A DNA stretch of 64,000 bases. Source: a virus. The stretch lies in the IMG/VR virus record IMGVR_UViG_3300045988_046609; one strand, written 5' to 3'. The notes under the pieces are model-generated. The model did not search any database. It was not told where the DNA came from and saw nothing but the letters and a program-made list of their open reading frames with translations. Of this stretch, positions 27,732-36,455 are shown piece by piece. How positions within the stretch are numbered: position 1 is the first letter of the stretch; each line of letters starts with the position of its first letter. Made by a program: the position numbers and the translations under genes.

Positions 27732-28196
27732 TTATCTTCCGACGATTGCATCGTCATAACGCCAACTGTATCTTGCTTCCGGATACTGGTTGTCGAGTGC
27801 ATTACAGGTTTCCTCATACCATTTGTCGTTTTCACGCAATGCTTTTACTGCAATGTTTTTGGCTTCTGTTGCCTGTTTCTGGAACTCAGTAGTAGACAGA
27901 GTTGCATTTCCGGATTTGAGATCTTCTACCAGAGCAGTATACTTCTTTAAGTATTCTACTTTGATATTTGCCTCTTTCTTTGTCTTTTTCATAGACAATA
28001 CCATACGCTTGTGCGTATAATCAGCCTTGTTTACAATTGAAATTAACTCTTTCGTTAACTGCTCTTTCTTTGCTTCTGCAACTTTTTTTGCAGCTGCTTC
28101 TGCAATTTCAGCAGTTACTACTGCACCATTTTTGATAACATCCTCGATGTTTTCAGTAGACAGAATATCTGCTACTTTTACTTCTTCTTTTGCCAT
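27732..28196 (-). CDS. hypothetical protein (alanine/lysine-rich helical)
   Basis: 154-aa ORF with ATG start and TAA stop. Confidence 0.65.
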   Translation of the reverse strand: MAKEEVKVADILSTENIEDVIKNGAVVTAEIAEAAAKKVAEAKKEQLTKELISIVNKADYTHKRMVLSMKKTKKEANIKVEYLKKYTALVEDLKSGNATLSTTEFQKQATEAKNIAVKALRENDKWYEETCNALDNQYPEARYSWRYDDAIVGR

Positions 28197-28435
28197 TTCT
28201 TGATAATGTTTAAAGATTGATACTATTATTAATTAACACTAAGTTTTAAATTAAAAAAAGAACTGTTCTGCATATTTGTATACCTTATTTTGCAGATAAC
28301 CCCTATCCTTCTTCTATCCTATTAGGATTGCCGTTGTATAGCCATTGTACTCTAGTTCTTACGAACTTCCATTAGGGTTCTGGTATATTTACAGTTCTTT
28401 TGGGTTGATTAGAATCCACCATACTAACAATTTAA

Positions 28436-28618
28436 TTAGTAGTATATAACAGCGGGCAGAGGCTCTGGCGGAACCTCTTGCTTGTTATTCGTTGTCATTC
28501 TGAGTTTACACTCAAGATCACATTCACTACAGTTGATAATATTATCTTGTGTAGGACATTCGTTAGAAATCGAATTTGAAGTTTTCATGATCATCTCGAC
28601 CAAATAAGTGTTTGACAA
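28436..28618 (-). CDS. possible small Cys-rich protein
   Basis: 60-aa ORF containing CPTQDNIINCSECDLEC. It overlaps the 3' end of the upstream gene by 56 nt, so it is uncertain. Confidence 0.3.
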   Translation of the reverse strand: MSNTYLVEMIMKTSNSISNECPTQDNIINCSECDLECKLRMTTNNKQEVPPEPLPAVIYY

Positions 28619-28970
28619 TCATAGGCTTACATATTCTTACAAATTCTTTTGCTGTATCTTTGTCTTTGAATTCCAAAGAAGTACCGACATAGGCAAAAGC
28701 AGCGCCAAGCGCACTGCTAGAATCCAAACGGAGCAAACCGGAAGGTTTTCTGTTATCTGTACAATTCCAACCCCATACGTAATATCTTACCTCTCTTGGA
28801 TCCATTGTTGTAGGTTTCCAGCCTTCATTTAAAGCTTTTGCAATGGTTTCTAACTTGATGAAATTCCTAGTTTCATCTGTTAATTTGTAGCTTTTATAAT
28901 TAGCTACAGGACGAAGACCTAGTATTTTACATGCGTCTTCATAAGGTTTTTCTTTACTTAATTTAATCAT
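28563..28970 (-). CDS. hypothetical protein
   Basis: 135-aa ORF with ATG start and TAA stop. Confidence 0.65.
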   Translation of the reverse strand: MIKLSKEKPYEDACKILGLRPVANYKSYKLTDETRNFIKLETIAKALNEGWKPTTMDPREVRYYVWGWNCTDNRKPSGLLRLDSSSALGAAFAYVGTSLEFKDKDTAKEFVRICKPMIVKHLFGRDDHENFKFDF

Positions 28971-29065
28971 GCCTTTTTGCGATTATAAGGTTCCATTTTC
29001 TTATGCTTAGGACGTTTTTTATATTCCGTCTTAGTTTTTACTTCTTTCTCCTTATCTTTTCCCAT
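28967..29065 (-). CDS. possible 32-aa basic peptide
   Basis: Sequence MGKDKEKEVKTKTEYKKRPKHKKMEPYNRKKA. The ATG lies 1 nt after the upstream stop (29067-29069), and its TGA overlaps the next ATG (ATGA). Confidence 0.4.
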   Translation of the reverse strand: MGKDKEKEVKTKTEYKKRPKHKKMEPYNRKKA

Positions 29066-29066
29066 A

Positions 29067-29552
29067 TTAAACAAGTTCTACTACGTCGTTGATTTCTTTT
29101 ATATACTTACCTATATTCTCTAGATGAAAATCTTTTAGAACATTTATTACAACTGATTTGTTAGTTTTTACTCCTACTCCTTTTACTAAGTAAGTTATGA
29201 CTTCTTTATGATCAGTTCTAAACGTACTGTCATTTACAAAATACTTGATAAACTCAAGTTTAAAGTCTTCAACAGTATGAAACAATATTGGATCTCCAAC
29301 TGTTTCATGTATCTTATTACAGAAGGATATCAATTTGTTTTTAAATGTATTTACGCCTTTAAATGTGTTATCATCTATATTAGGCATCATTAACTTAAGT
29401 AAATCAGTTTCATCGTATGTCTCTACATTAAGAGCATTTGCTCCTTCAGCATCTGTATTAGTACACACAGTAGATATGATATCTTTAATCAAATCTTCTT
29501 CATGTTTATTACTTCGGTAATTACCGTTGATTAAAATTAATACTGCTTTCAT
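29067..29552 (-). CDS. hypothetical protein
   Basis: 161-aa ORF. Confidence 0.65.
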   Translation of the reverse strand: MKAVLILINGNYRSNKHEEDLIKDIISTVCTNTDAEGANALNVETYDETDLLKLMMPNIDDNTFKGVNTFKNKLISFCNKIHETVGDPILFHTVEDFKLEFIKYFVNDSTFRTDHKEVITYLVKGVGVKTNKSVVINVLKDFHLENIGKYIKEINDVVELV

Positions 29553-29554
29553 AA

Positions 29555-29800
29555 TTATTGATTAATTATTGTTATTTCTATCTCATATTCATCTAACTGA
29601 TTTTTAATTTCATCAGTAGATAATTCTGAGTTAATTTCAAAGTGTGGATTTAACTCCACTGTTACACCTGGTTTGCTTCTAGCTATAGGTTTAGCTATGC
29701 TTATAGGCATTCCTAGTATGCTTTTTAATCCTAATAGGATTGCCAGAAATTGGTCACTATGCTGTGTTACAGAAGTGACATACCTCTTGTTTTTATTCAT
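29555..29800 (-). CDS. hypothetical protein
   Basis: 81-aa ORF, preceded by the conserved TTATTAACTAACAATTTAAAGC leader. Confidence 0.6.
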   Translation of the reverse strand: MNKNKRYVTSVTQHSDQFLAILLGLKSILGMPISIAKPIARSKPGVTVELNPHFEINSELSTDEIKNQLDEYEIEITIINQ

Positions 29801-30296
29801 TTTACATAGGCTTTAAATTGTTAGTTAATAAAATTGATGACGTTACTCTAGGGTATTCTAGAGTAAGAAACACATCTGTTAACGAATGATTCAAGTTATA
29901 ATACCATAACTTTGAGACTAATACTAAAATGATTTCAAATGCACTTAACGCTTTGTGTTAATAAAGAAAATCAAATTTTAACATTACTTGTTAGAGTTTT
30001 ATTCTATGACTCTCATATGTTTTAGGATTACTCCAGAGTACATACAGAAATAGCTGTCAAACTAAATCTTAGAACTCACCTGATTTTTACGTCCGCACGA
30101 TCGTAAGCACAAATACGAGTATTTCTATACTTATCTTATCGTATTTAGTACAGTATAGATATGCACTTACTTACGCCCCACAGGCTTGTCATCTTCTGAA
30201 GACTAACCTATTCTCACGAACCAGTTAGCTATAAATTCACATTTAACTATTAATCTTAATAAATCTTTGTTAAATACTACTATGCATATACTTTCT

Positions 30297-30746
30297 CTAA
30301 CGCTTTAGAGAATCACGAGGATTCTTCACAGAATCTGTTGGGGTAATTATATCACGTTGAATAACTGCGCCTTTAAGTATATCTTTAAAATGAGATTTGT
30401 TTGATTCATATATGGTAACTATGTCTCTATTAGACAATGATGTACCATGAGTCATCAAAATATCAATTAAGATTGCATCTGGCATTGCTAAAAATATACT
30501 ATCAATGCGCATTCCCTCTTTTACGTCTTCTCTAAATTTGAGAACTTCCTGTATAGTTAATACAGGTTCTACTGCTTTCACAGTATCAATGCAAACTGAT
30601 TCGTCTTCTGACGTAACAATTTTAGCAATAGGTTCATGACACATAAACACTATTACTCCAGTAGCGATTACAGCTGCAATAGCTACTAATAACCACCAAA
30701 ATCCCTTTGATGATTTTCTTAATACTGGATATTGATTATCTTCCAT
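30297..30746 (-). CDS. membrane-anchored hypothetical protein (ends in TAG)
   Basis: 149 aa with TM segment WWLLVAIAAVIATGVIVFM. TAG stop at 30297-30299, with an in-frame TAA 9 codons later. Confidence 0.6.
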   Translation of the reverse strand: MEDNQYPVLRKSSKGFWWLLVAIAAVIATGVIVFMCHEPIAKIVTSEDESVCIDTVKAVEPVLTIQEVLKFREDVKEGMRIDSIFLAMPDAILIDILMTHGTSLSNRDIVTIYESNKSHFKDILKGAVIQRDIITPTDSVKNPRDSLKR

Positions 30747-30932
30747 TTAACCCTCCGTTTCTTCGTACAATGATTGAACAACTTGGATACTTTCAGTTAC
30801 TACAAATATTCTGTCTGAAGAACCTATTTCGGTATTTCCGTCACATACTTCTGCATAACAGAATCCGTCACTAGCAATGAGAATTTCTTCTCCTGTCTCT
30901 TTGTCATGTACAATAAAACTTTTCTTTTTCAT
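30747..30932 (-). CDS. hypothetical protein
   Basis: 61-aa ORF abutting the next gene, preceded by the conserved leader. Confidence 0.55.
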   Translation of the reverse strand: MKKKSFIVHDKETGEEILIASDGFCYAEVCDGNTEIGSSDRIFVVTESIQVVQSLYEETEG

Positions 30933-30958
30933 TTTGATAATGTTTTAATAGTTAATAA

Positions 30959-31258
30959 TTATTTAATAGTATCACCAACAAAGTATACATTCATATATAA
31001 GTAATCTGTAACGTATACTTTATATTCTTGATCAGTAATTGGATTTACTAAACGAAATACATAATCAGTTTCACTTTCTTGAAATTTATCTGAGACTATA
31101 TAACGTTTATACCGCATTTGCAAATCCACAAAGTTATATGGATCTTTAGGAACATATTCTTTAAACATATAACAAATAATTATAATAGTTATAGATACTA
31201 TTAATAATTTACTTATTCTGTTAAGAATATCAAAGTGACTTTTTACGCGTACTACCAT
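30959..31258 (-). CDS. hypothetical membrane protein
   Basis: 99 aa with N-terminal TM segment LLIVSITIIIICYMF. Confidence 0.55.
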   Translation of the reverse strand: MVVRVKSHFDILNRISKLLIVSITIIIICYMFKEYVPKDPYNFVDLQMRYKRYIVSDKFQESETDYVFRLVNPITDQEYKVYVTDYLYMNVYFVGDTIK

Positions 31259-31336
31259 ATTATTTATTTATTTCTTTCCATAACATAATACATTCATACA
31301 CTACAACTACTACTACTACAATAGTAGCTGCAATAG

Positions 31337-31618
31337 TTATTGTTGCGAACCACATTTATCACAGATTTCATTATAGATATCTTCCCAGAATTTAAAACCT
31401 TCTTTAGTATACATCCAAGGAAATGAGCATATTAGTATTCTACTTATTGGTCTAATACTAAATAACCTAATCGCATTATCATTATAATTTGTAGTAATTT
31501 CTCTCTTAATAATTAAGTTAGAGATATAAGAGGATAATGCATTATTTCTAATTAATGTAATTAATAGTAAATAAGGCATATTGACCACAATAAGATGTCT
31601 TTTACTGTTTTTCTTCAT
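31337..31618 (-). CDS. hypothetical protein
   Basis: 93-aa ORF. Confidence 0.5.
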   Translation of the reverse strand: MKKNSKRHLIVVNMPYLLLITLIRNNALSSYISNLIIKREITTNYNDNAIRLFSIRPISRILICSFPWMYTKEGFKFWEDIYNEICDKCGSQQ

Positions 31619-31997
31619 ATATACTTTGATTATTGATTAATACTCTTAAATAATTTAAATACATTAGCTTCACATGCAAACTAGGAAGGTTTGTTTTTTA
31701 ACATGTTACTAGACTCTATCACCACGATGAGGTTGTATTTATTGATAGAGAATACTACTACAATACCTTATTAGTATTAGGTTTTACATGTAGTAGTTAG
31801 ATACGTGACATCGTATATAATATTTTAATTAGTAATCAAATAAAATAAAGTAAGCGCATTAATATAATAACTAGGTATATAAAGATATATTAGATATCTC
31901 ATTTGAAAAAGTTATTATAAGCTATGCTAAGAGCTATCTTGGAGATCTCGTTTTCTCTTACTTTGGTTGCATTAAAGTTAGCAGTCTTTCTAAACTG

Positions 31998-32183
31998 CTA
32001 ATTACATTTGTCTGCATTTTTCATTAATATTAGTATGATATACCAGATGGATATCATTAACGAGAAGATCAGTAAATATTTACCGAAAGTTCCGAGTTTG
32101 TGACTATCTGCAATTAAATTTGCAGTAATCTCGGCACAGAAAAAGTTATAAACCATGCCAACATAGAGTATAATTCTATTCAT
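31998..32183 (-). CDS. small hydrophobic protein
   Basis: 61 aa with two hydrophobic segments. Confidence 0.45.
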   Translation of the reverse strand: MNRIILYVGMVYNFFCAEITANLIADSHKLGTFGKYLLIFSLMISIWYIILILMKNADKCN

Positions 32184-32540
32184 CTTATAATAAATTATTG
32201 ATTAATATTATTACTTATCACGCTTTATTAAGCAACTACGCAGATAGTACATGACGTGAGCTCGGTTCGGCTCGTAATTATGTATTTATCTGCGCATACA
32301 TAATATTGCCACGATGTCCTTTTAGGGCGCGGACTAGCCTGCCATATGGAATTTCAAATGAAATGCAAATTAAGCCTTTTAAAGTCTTGCTTAGGACTAT
32401 GATGTTGAGCATTCTTCACTTCGGTGGGCTTGCTCAATCCCACGCCACAACTTACACTGGTTTTCACAGACGTGTGGTGTTTTCAAATTATGGATACATG
32501 ACTTGTAAGTTTAAAGTATATGCGCTTACAACTATTTTGG

Positions 32541-32756
32541 TTAGACATTATTTATAGATTTTTCAAAAGATAAATCTTCTTTAGTTCTAATAAGGCTGTT
32601 TAATACATTAATACAATGTTCTGTAATGTCTTTATTGTTACATGTTGTAGATATTTCATACTCTACACTATGTATATCTATCAGTATTCCTGCACTTATT
32701 TCAAATGCAGCATTACTCATTAAACTGATGAGATTATTCACTTCGGTTGTATTCAT
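32541..32756 (-). CDS. hypothetical protein
   Basis: 71-aa ORF. Confidence 0.5.
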   Translation of the reverse strand: MNTTEVNNLISLMSNAAFEISAGILIDIHSVEYEISTTCNNKDITEHCINVLNSLIRTKEDLSFEKSINNV

Positions 32757-32823
32757 ATACTTGATATATATTATGATTAAAATTCGACTATCTTAATCTA
32801 TTGCTTTCAATGTTATGGTCGGA

Positions 32824-32843
32824 ATGAGGGGTTACCCCCTCAT
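32824..32843 (-). terminator. GC-rich hairpin just after the stop of the first minus-strand gene
   Basis: ATGAGGGG-TTA-CCCCCTCAT, 5 nt from the stop at 32848-32850. There is no clear U-tract, so terminator function is uncertain. Confidence 0.4.
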
Positions 32844-32847
32844 ATCC

Positions 32848-33579
32848 TTAACGACGTCTACGGTGTGGTTTAGTTTGTTCTTCTTCGAACTCATTTGTTA
32901 GCAATTCATCTCCGCCAGTTTGGTCATTTTCTTTAGGCACATTTGCAACTGATTTCTTTTCCTCTAGCTTTAATTGCATTGCACACGGTACAATCATTTT
33001 ACCGCTACCAGCTTGAGTTTCAAGTCCGTTGGTATAGGCTCTAGCCGCCTTACGAACTACATTTTCCGTAGGCGTGTCGACTCCATTTGCGTCAGTTTTG
33101 CAGATAGATGTTACCCAAATAGATCGGAAAACTTTACGTTTTAACGGATCGTTCGGAAGCACTTCATCTCCTGTCTGGGCTATTATCCAATCGCCCTCCT
33201 TTACTCCGTCCCCGTCTTTTGTGTACCGTCTAAAGTACGGTTCGGGTGTTTCTTGCTCAAATCTGTTAAGATTAATTGTTGGAAAGATAGGTTTTTCGCC
33301 TTTCTTTTCCCGTTCTTCATTTTTATCTAATAAAGATAAAAATACATCACAAATTTGTGAAGTGTTAGGGAACAAAATAGTTCTAAAGGGCGATATATTA
33401 GATTTATTAGCTATTTCACTAATATCTCCTCCCTCAAAAATTAGTTTGTTTAGGTCCTCTTCACTCATTGCATTACTTTCCGTATTAATAGGATTCGCAG
33501 TTATTAAAAAACAGTATGCAACGTCGTTAAAACCGTCTTTAATTTCGTACTCTGTCATTGATGTAATTTGACACTTCAT
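32848..33579 (-). CDS. hypothetical protein (first gene of the minus-strand block)
   Basis: Track ORF trimmed to the first ATG (MKCQITSMTEYE...). Acidic and basic C-terminal tail ...EEEQTKPHRRRR. More GC-rich than its neighbours. Confidence 0.6.
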   Translation of the reverse strand: MKCQITSMTEYEIKDGFNDVAYCFLITANPINTESNAMSEEDLNKLIFEGGDISEIANKSNISPFRTILFPNTSQICDVFLSLLDKNEEREKKGEKPIFPTINLNRFEQETPEPYFRRYTKDGDGVKEGDWIIAQTGDEVLPNDPLKRKVFRSIWVTSICKTDANGVDTPTENVVRKAARAYTNGLETQAGSGKMIVPCAMQLKLEEKKSVANVPKENDQTGGDELLTNEFEEEQTKPHRRRR

Positions 33580-33740
33580 TTTTGATATTTTAGATACCGA
33601 AAACACAGCCGTACCAACGTGGCACGTGTGGGGGTATCTCCTCCGTATCCATATATCGGGGAGTGATTTGGGTGCAGGTTATCACACGCACAACCTCTCC
33701 CCAAATTTTTTATCGCCAAAAAAAATTTTATATATTTTTT

Positions 33741-33800
33741 TGTTAAATAGTGTTAAATTTCTGTAGTTAAATAGCCCTAAATGTTGTTAATAAATGTTAA
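33741..33800. promoter_or_regulatory. array of five (T)GTTAA repeats in the divergent intergenic region
   Basis: TGTTAA at 33741, 33751, 33785 and 33795, plus AGTTAA at 33765. Spacings are multiples of 5-10 bp. The array lies about 140-200 nt upstream of the first plus-strand gene. Confidence 0.5.
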
Positions 33801-33937
33801 AGAAAAGGGAACCAAACCTAGTATATGAGCGTTATTATGGGGGTAAGGGGGCATAAACAGATAGTATACTCTTAAGTAAGTAGTAATATAATACTTATTT
33901 TAACAGATATAATCCCTTACTTTAGATAATACATACT

Positions 33938-34246
33938 ATGACAGAAGGATTAAAGAATGACTTTAAGGACGGTAAATTAAGATGGGATCTTCTACCGTTA
34001 GAAGAGATAGAAGACATTGTTAAAGTATATACTGAAGGAGCTAAGAAATACTCTGATAATAGTTGGCAGAATTTAGATAACGGCTACCAACGTTATAAAG
34101 CTGCTTTACTTAGGCATTTACTAGAGTATGAGAAAGGTAATAAAATAGATGAAGATACTGGTTGCCAACATCTAGCACAAGTAGCATGGAATGCTGTAGC
34201 TTTACTTTGGTTAGACAAACACGGAAAAGGTAAAACAATAGAATGA
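33938..34246 (+). CDS. small DUF5664-like protein (dATP/dGTP diphosphohydrolase N-terminal-domain-like)
   Basis: 102 aa. KLRWDLLP...VYTEGAKKYSDNSW...HLAQVAWNAVALL matches my recollection of this phage family. Not verified. Confidence 0.45.
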   Translation: MTEGLKNDFKDGKLRWDLLPLEEIEDIVKVYTEGAKKYSDNSWQNLDNGYQRYKAALLRHLLEYEKGNKIDEDTGCQHLAQVAWNAVALLWLDKHGKGKTIE

Positions 34247-34527
34247 ATACAAAAGTAACTAGAAAACAAATAGAAGAAGCTAGAAATTACTTATTTAACA
34301 TTAATACACAATTAGGTATGACACTATACGATCCAGAATTAGCAGAGATAATCAAGAATAGAGAAGTAGTAGAAATTCAAGGTAAAAGATACCATATAGA
34401 GAGTTCTCCTCTAGGTACTTGTGATGGTTGTTGCTTTATGGGTAAGCAATGCCCACAGAGAGCTGTAACATATTGTACTTCAAACGGAGGAAATATTATA
34501 GTAGAAGCAGAACCAAATAAGAAATAA
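34243..34527 (+). CDS. hypothetical Cys-rich protein
   Basis: 94 aa, containing CDGCCFMGKQCPQRAVTYC. Confidence 0.6.
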   Translation: MNTKVTRKQIEEARNYLFNINTQLGMTLYDPELAEIIKNREVVEIQGKRYHIESSPLGTCDGCCFMGKQCPQRAVTYCTSNGGNIIVEAEPNKK

Positions 34528-34559
34528 TACGTTATAGTTAGAAACTAAGTAAAAAGAAT

Positions 34560-34910
34560 ATGGAAGATAAAGTACTAGAAACAGTAGTTAATGGAATAGG
34601 ATGGGGAATGTTGAAAGATGTTTTAATTAAACCTCTTCCACCTACCATGGTTACTAAAGAGTTTACAGAACAAATACCTAATGGTAAAGTAGATGAGAAT
34701 GGATTTAACGAGTATGATACTAAGACTGAGACTAAGGAAGTAGAATCTGATTGGGCTACAGGTATTGTACTACAGATTCCTTCACACTTAACAGATGTTA
34801 AATTTAAGGTTGGTGATACAGTTGCTTATAATAAGAAGTTTGCAATGTATTTTGATCTGGTAAAAGATACCCAATTAGTGAAACCTTATGACATTATTGC
34901 CGTTAAGTAA
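34560..34910 (+). CDS. GroES-like co-chaperonin candidate
   Basis: 116 aa. The pattern VLIKPLP...TGIVLQIP...VKVGDTVAY...YDIIAV resembles Cpn10/gp31 beta-barrel signature spacing. Confidence 0.45.
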   Translation: MEDKVLETVVNGIGWGMLKDVLIKPLPPTMVTKEFTEQIPNGKVDENGFNEYDTKTETKEVESDWATGIVLQIPSHLTDVKFKVGDTVAYNKKFAMYFDLVKDTQLVKPYDIIAVK

Positions 34911-34962
34911 TATAAATTAAGTTTTCATAAAGATAAAAAATTAGTTCGTTTGCAACATTACT

Positions 34963-34995
34963 AGAAGGCTCGACTTAGGTTGGGCTTTCTTTTTA
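34963..34995 (+). terminator. intrinsic terminator
   Basis: 9-bp stem AGAAGGCTC / GGGCTTTCT (two G-U pairs) with a 10-nt loop, followed by TTTTT. Confidence 0.6.
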
Positions 34996-35008
34996 TATAT
35001 TAATTAAT

Positions 35009-35035
35009 TGTTAACAAATGTTAAAAGCTATTAAC
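35009..35035. promoter_or_regulatory. three (T)GTTAA/ATTAAC repeats at 10-bp phasing
   Basis: TGTTAA at 35009 and 35019, and ATTAAC at 35030. These lie directly after the terminator and before the next plus-strand genes. Confidence 0.45.
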
Positions 35036-35150
35036 AATTATTCACAACTAACGTTTTATAGGCATATGGAAAAATTAATAGTAATGGGTCTCTGCTTTTC
35101 CATGATATGGCTTGCCGTATGGGGGCTCAGTGATAAAAATAAGAAATAAT

Positions 35151-35531
35151 ATGGAATATACATTTAAGAAAGATTTCGGCTTTTTCAAAGCAAACGATGT
35201 ACTTACTTGGAATGAAGATATTGATGCCTTTACTATGGATGTAGAGGAGGGTAATAGTTTTAGATCTGCAATGATTGATGAACGTACTGTTGAAGATCTG
35301 CGTTTGGAAGGTTTACTAGCAGCTAATGCTGAACCTGAAAATGATAAGATCAACACTACTGTTGAATTCATTGATTCTTTACTTAAACAATACGAAGATG
35401 ATTACAAAGAAGTAACACAGAAGTATAAAGAAGGTAAAGTTCAACCGTGTGTTAAAGTAGAAGCTGAAACAGTTTATTTTAACCTTACTAAGGTATTAAA
35501 TAAGATTAAAGAGGAATTGACGAATGAATAA
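35151..35531 (+). CDS. hypothetical protein
   Basis: Track ORF 35112-35531 trimmed to the first ATG (MEYTFKKDF...). A possible 27-aa TM peptide ORF (35066-35149) lies just upstream. Confidence 0.6.
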   Translation: MEYTFKKDFGFFKANDVLTWNEDIDAFTMDVEEGNSFRSAMIDERTVEDLRLEGLLAANAEPENDKINTTVEFIDSLLKQYEDDYKEVTQKYKEGKVQPCVKVEAETVYFNLTKVLNKIKEELTNE

Positions 35532-35916
35532 ATTGGTTAAGAAAGTATCTAAAACCGATTTGTATAAAGAATTCTTAAAAAGCCTTAATGGTGTATTAGA
35601 CCTTACTAATAGGGAGTTAGAATTATTAGCTACGTTTATAGACTTAGATATTAATACTCCTAAACTCCCTAATATTAGTAAGAATGTAATAAGTGCTGAA
35701 AATAGGAAGTACATTAAGCGTACTCTAGGTATTACTCCTGATAATTTAAGTAGATACATAGCTAAATTCAAGAGTTAGGGTATACTAGTAAAAGGCGAAA
35801 TAGAAGACGAGGTAAAAGTAAATAAAGTATTAATACCTGAGATAATCGGTGATAGAGTACAAATTACAATCATATTAAGATTAAATAAAGATGAAAATGA
35901 GATCATTCCTGCTTGA
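35524..35916 (+). CDS. HTH-like small protein; TAG at 35776-35778 is either read through or is its stop
   Basis: Frame 1 continues past TAG for 45 protein-like codons (GILVKGEIEDEVKVNKVLIPE...) to TGA at 35914-35916. If TAG is a stop here, the gene ends at 35778. Confidence 0.5.
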
Positions 35917-36277
35917 GGCAGGAACAATAATAGCATGGAAGAAGTATCCGTATATCAAGAAACTGTGGAATAAGATTAGAGGTAAACAGCTACCGTTTAA
36001 CATGTTTACTATAGTACCTAGTCGAACAGAGTTGCTTACCTCGGATGATATGAAAGATATAGAAATATATGAACCTATACGTAAGTATAATAAACAAGAA
36101 CAATCTAAGATAAGCGTCCTTGCTAAGGACACTTTATATAGTAGCGATTGGGTAGATGTAGCATCACTAATAAATATAGTAAGACCTAACACGTTATTAG
36201 GACCTATTACATTAGCTACATGTAAATATTATAAGAAAGTAGAGTGGAATGAGAAATTAGACGAGTATATATACTAA
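35891..36277 (+). CDS. hypothetical protein
   Basis: 128-aa ORF with TAA stop. Confidence 0.6.
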   Translation: MKMRSFLLEAGTIIAWKKYPYIKKLWNKIRGKQLPFNMFTIVPSRTELLTSDDMKDIEIYEPIRKYNKQEQSKISVLAKDTLYSSDWVDVASLINIVRPNTLLGPITLATCKYYKKVEWNEKLDEYIY

Positions 36278-36455
36278 ATTAAGTAACAAGTATAACATTC
36301 CATATCAAGTTATTGAAGTGATATGTAATAGCCCGTTTAAATTTACTAATCAGATCATAACAGATTTAGATCCTAAACCGGTAATGTTTGCTTACTTAGG
36401 GAAGATCAAGATAAAGAAGAGATATGAAGAAGACGCCAAAAATAGACATGTATGA
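36249..36455 (+). CDS. possible small protein with TAG at codon 4
   Basis: Hand-translated frame 0: MRN-TAG-TSIYTKLSNKYNIPYQVIEVICNSPFKFTNQIITDLDPKPVMFAYLGKIKIKKRYEEDAKNRHV-TGA. It fills an otherwise uncovered gap. Confidence 0.4.

Noticed and set aside
27441-29520. ORFs 27441-27950(+), 27790-28020(+), 28608-28832(+), 29208-29393(+) and 29335-29520(+).
   Set aside because: They overlap better-supported minus-strand genes or run through the structured spacer. They have alternative-start artefacts and hydrophobic, low-complexity translations.
32306-33571. ORFs 32306-32557(+) and 33074-33571(+).
   Set aside because: The first lies in a hairpin-rich spacer with a non-ATG start. The second is antisense to the 244-aa first gene of the minus-strand block.
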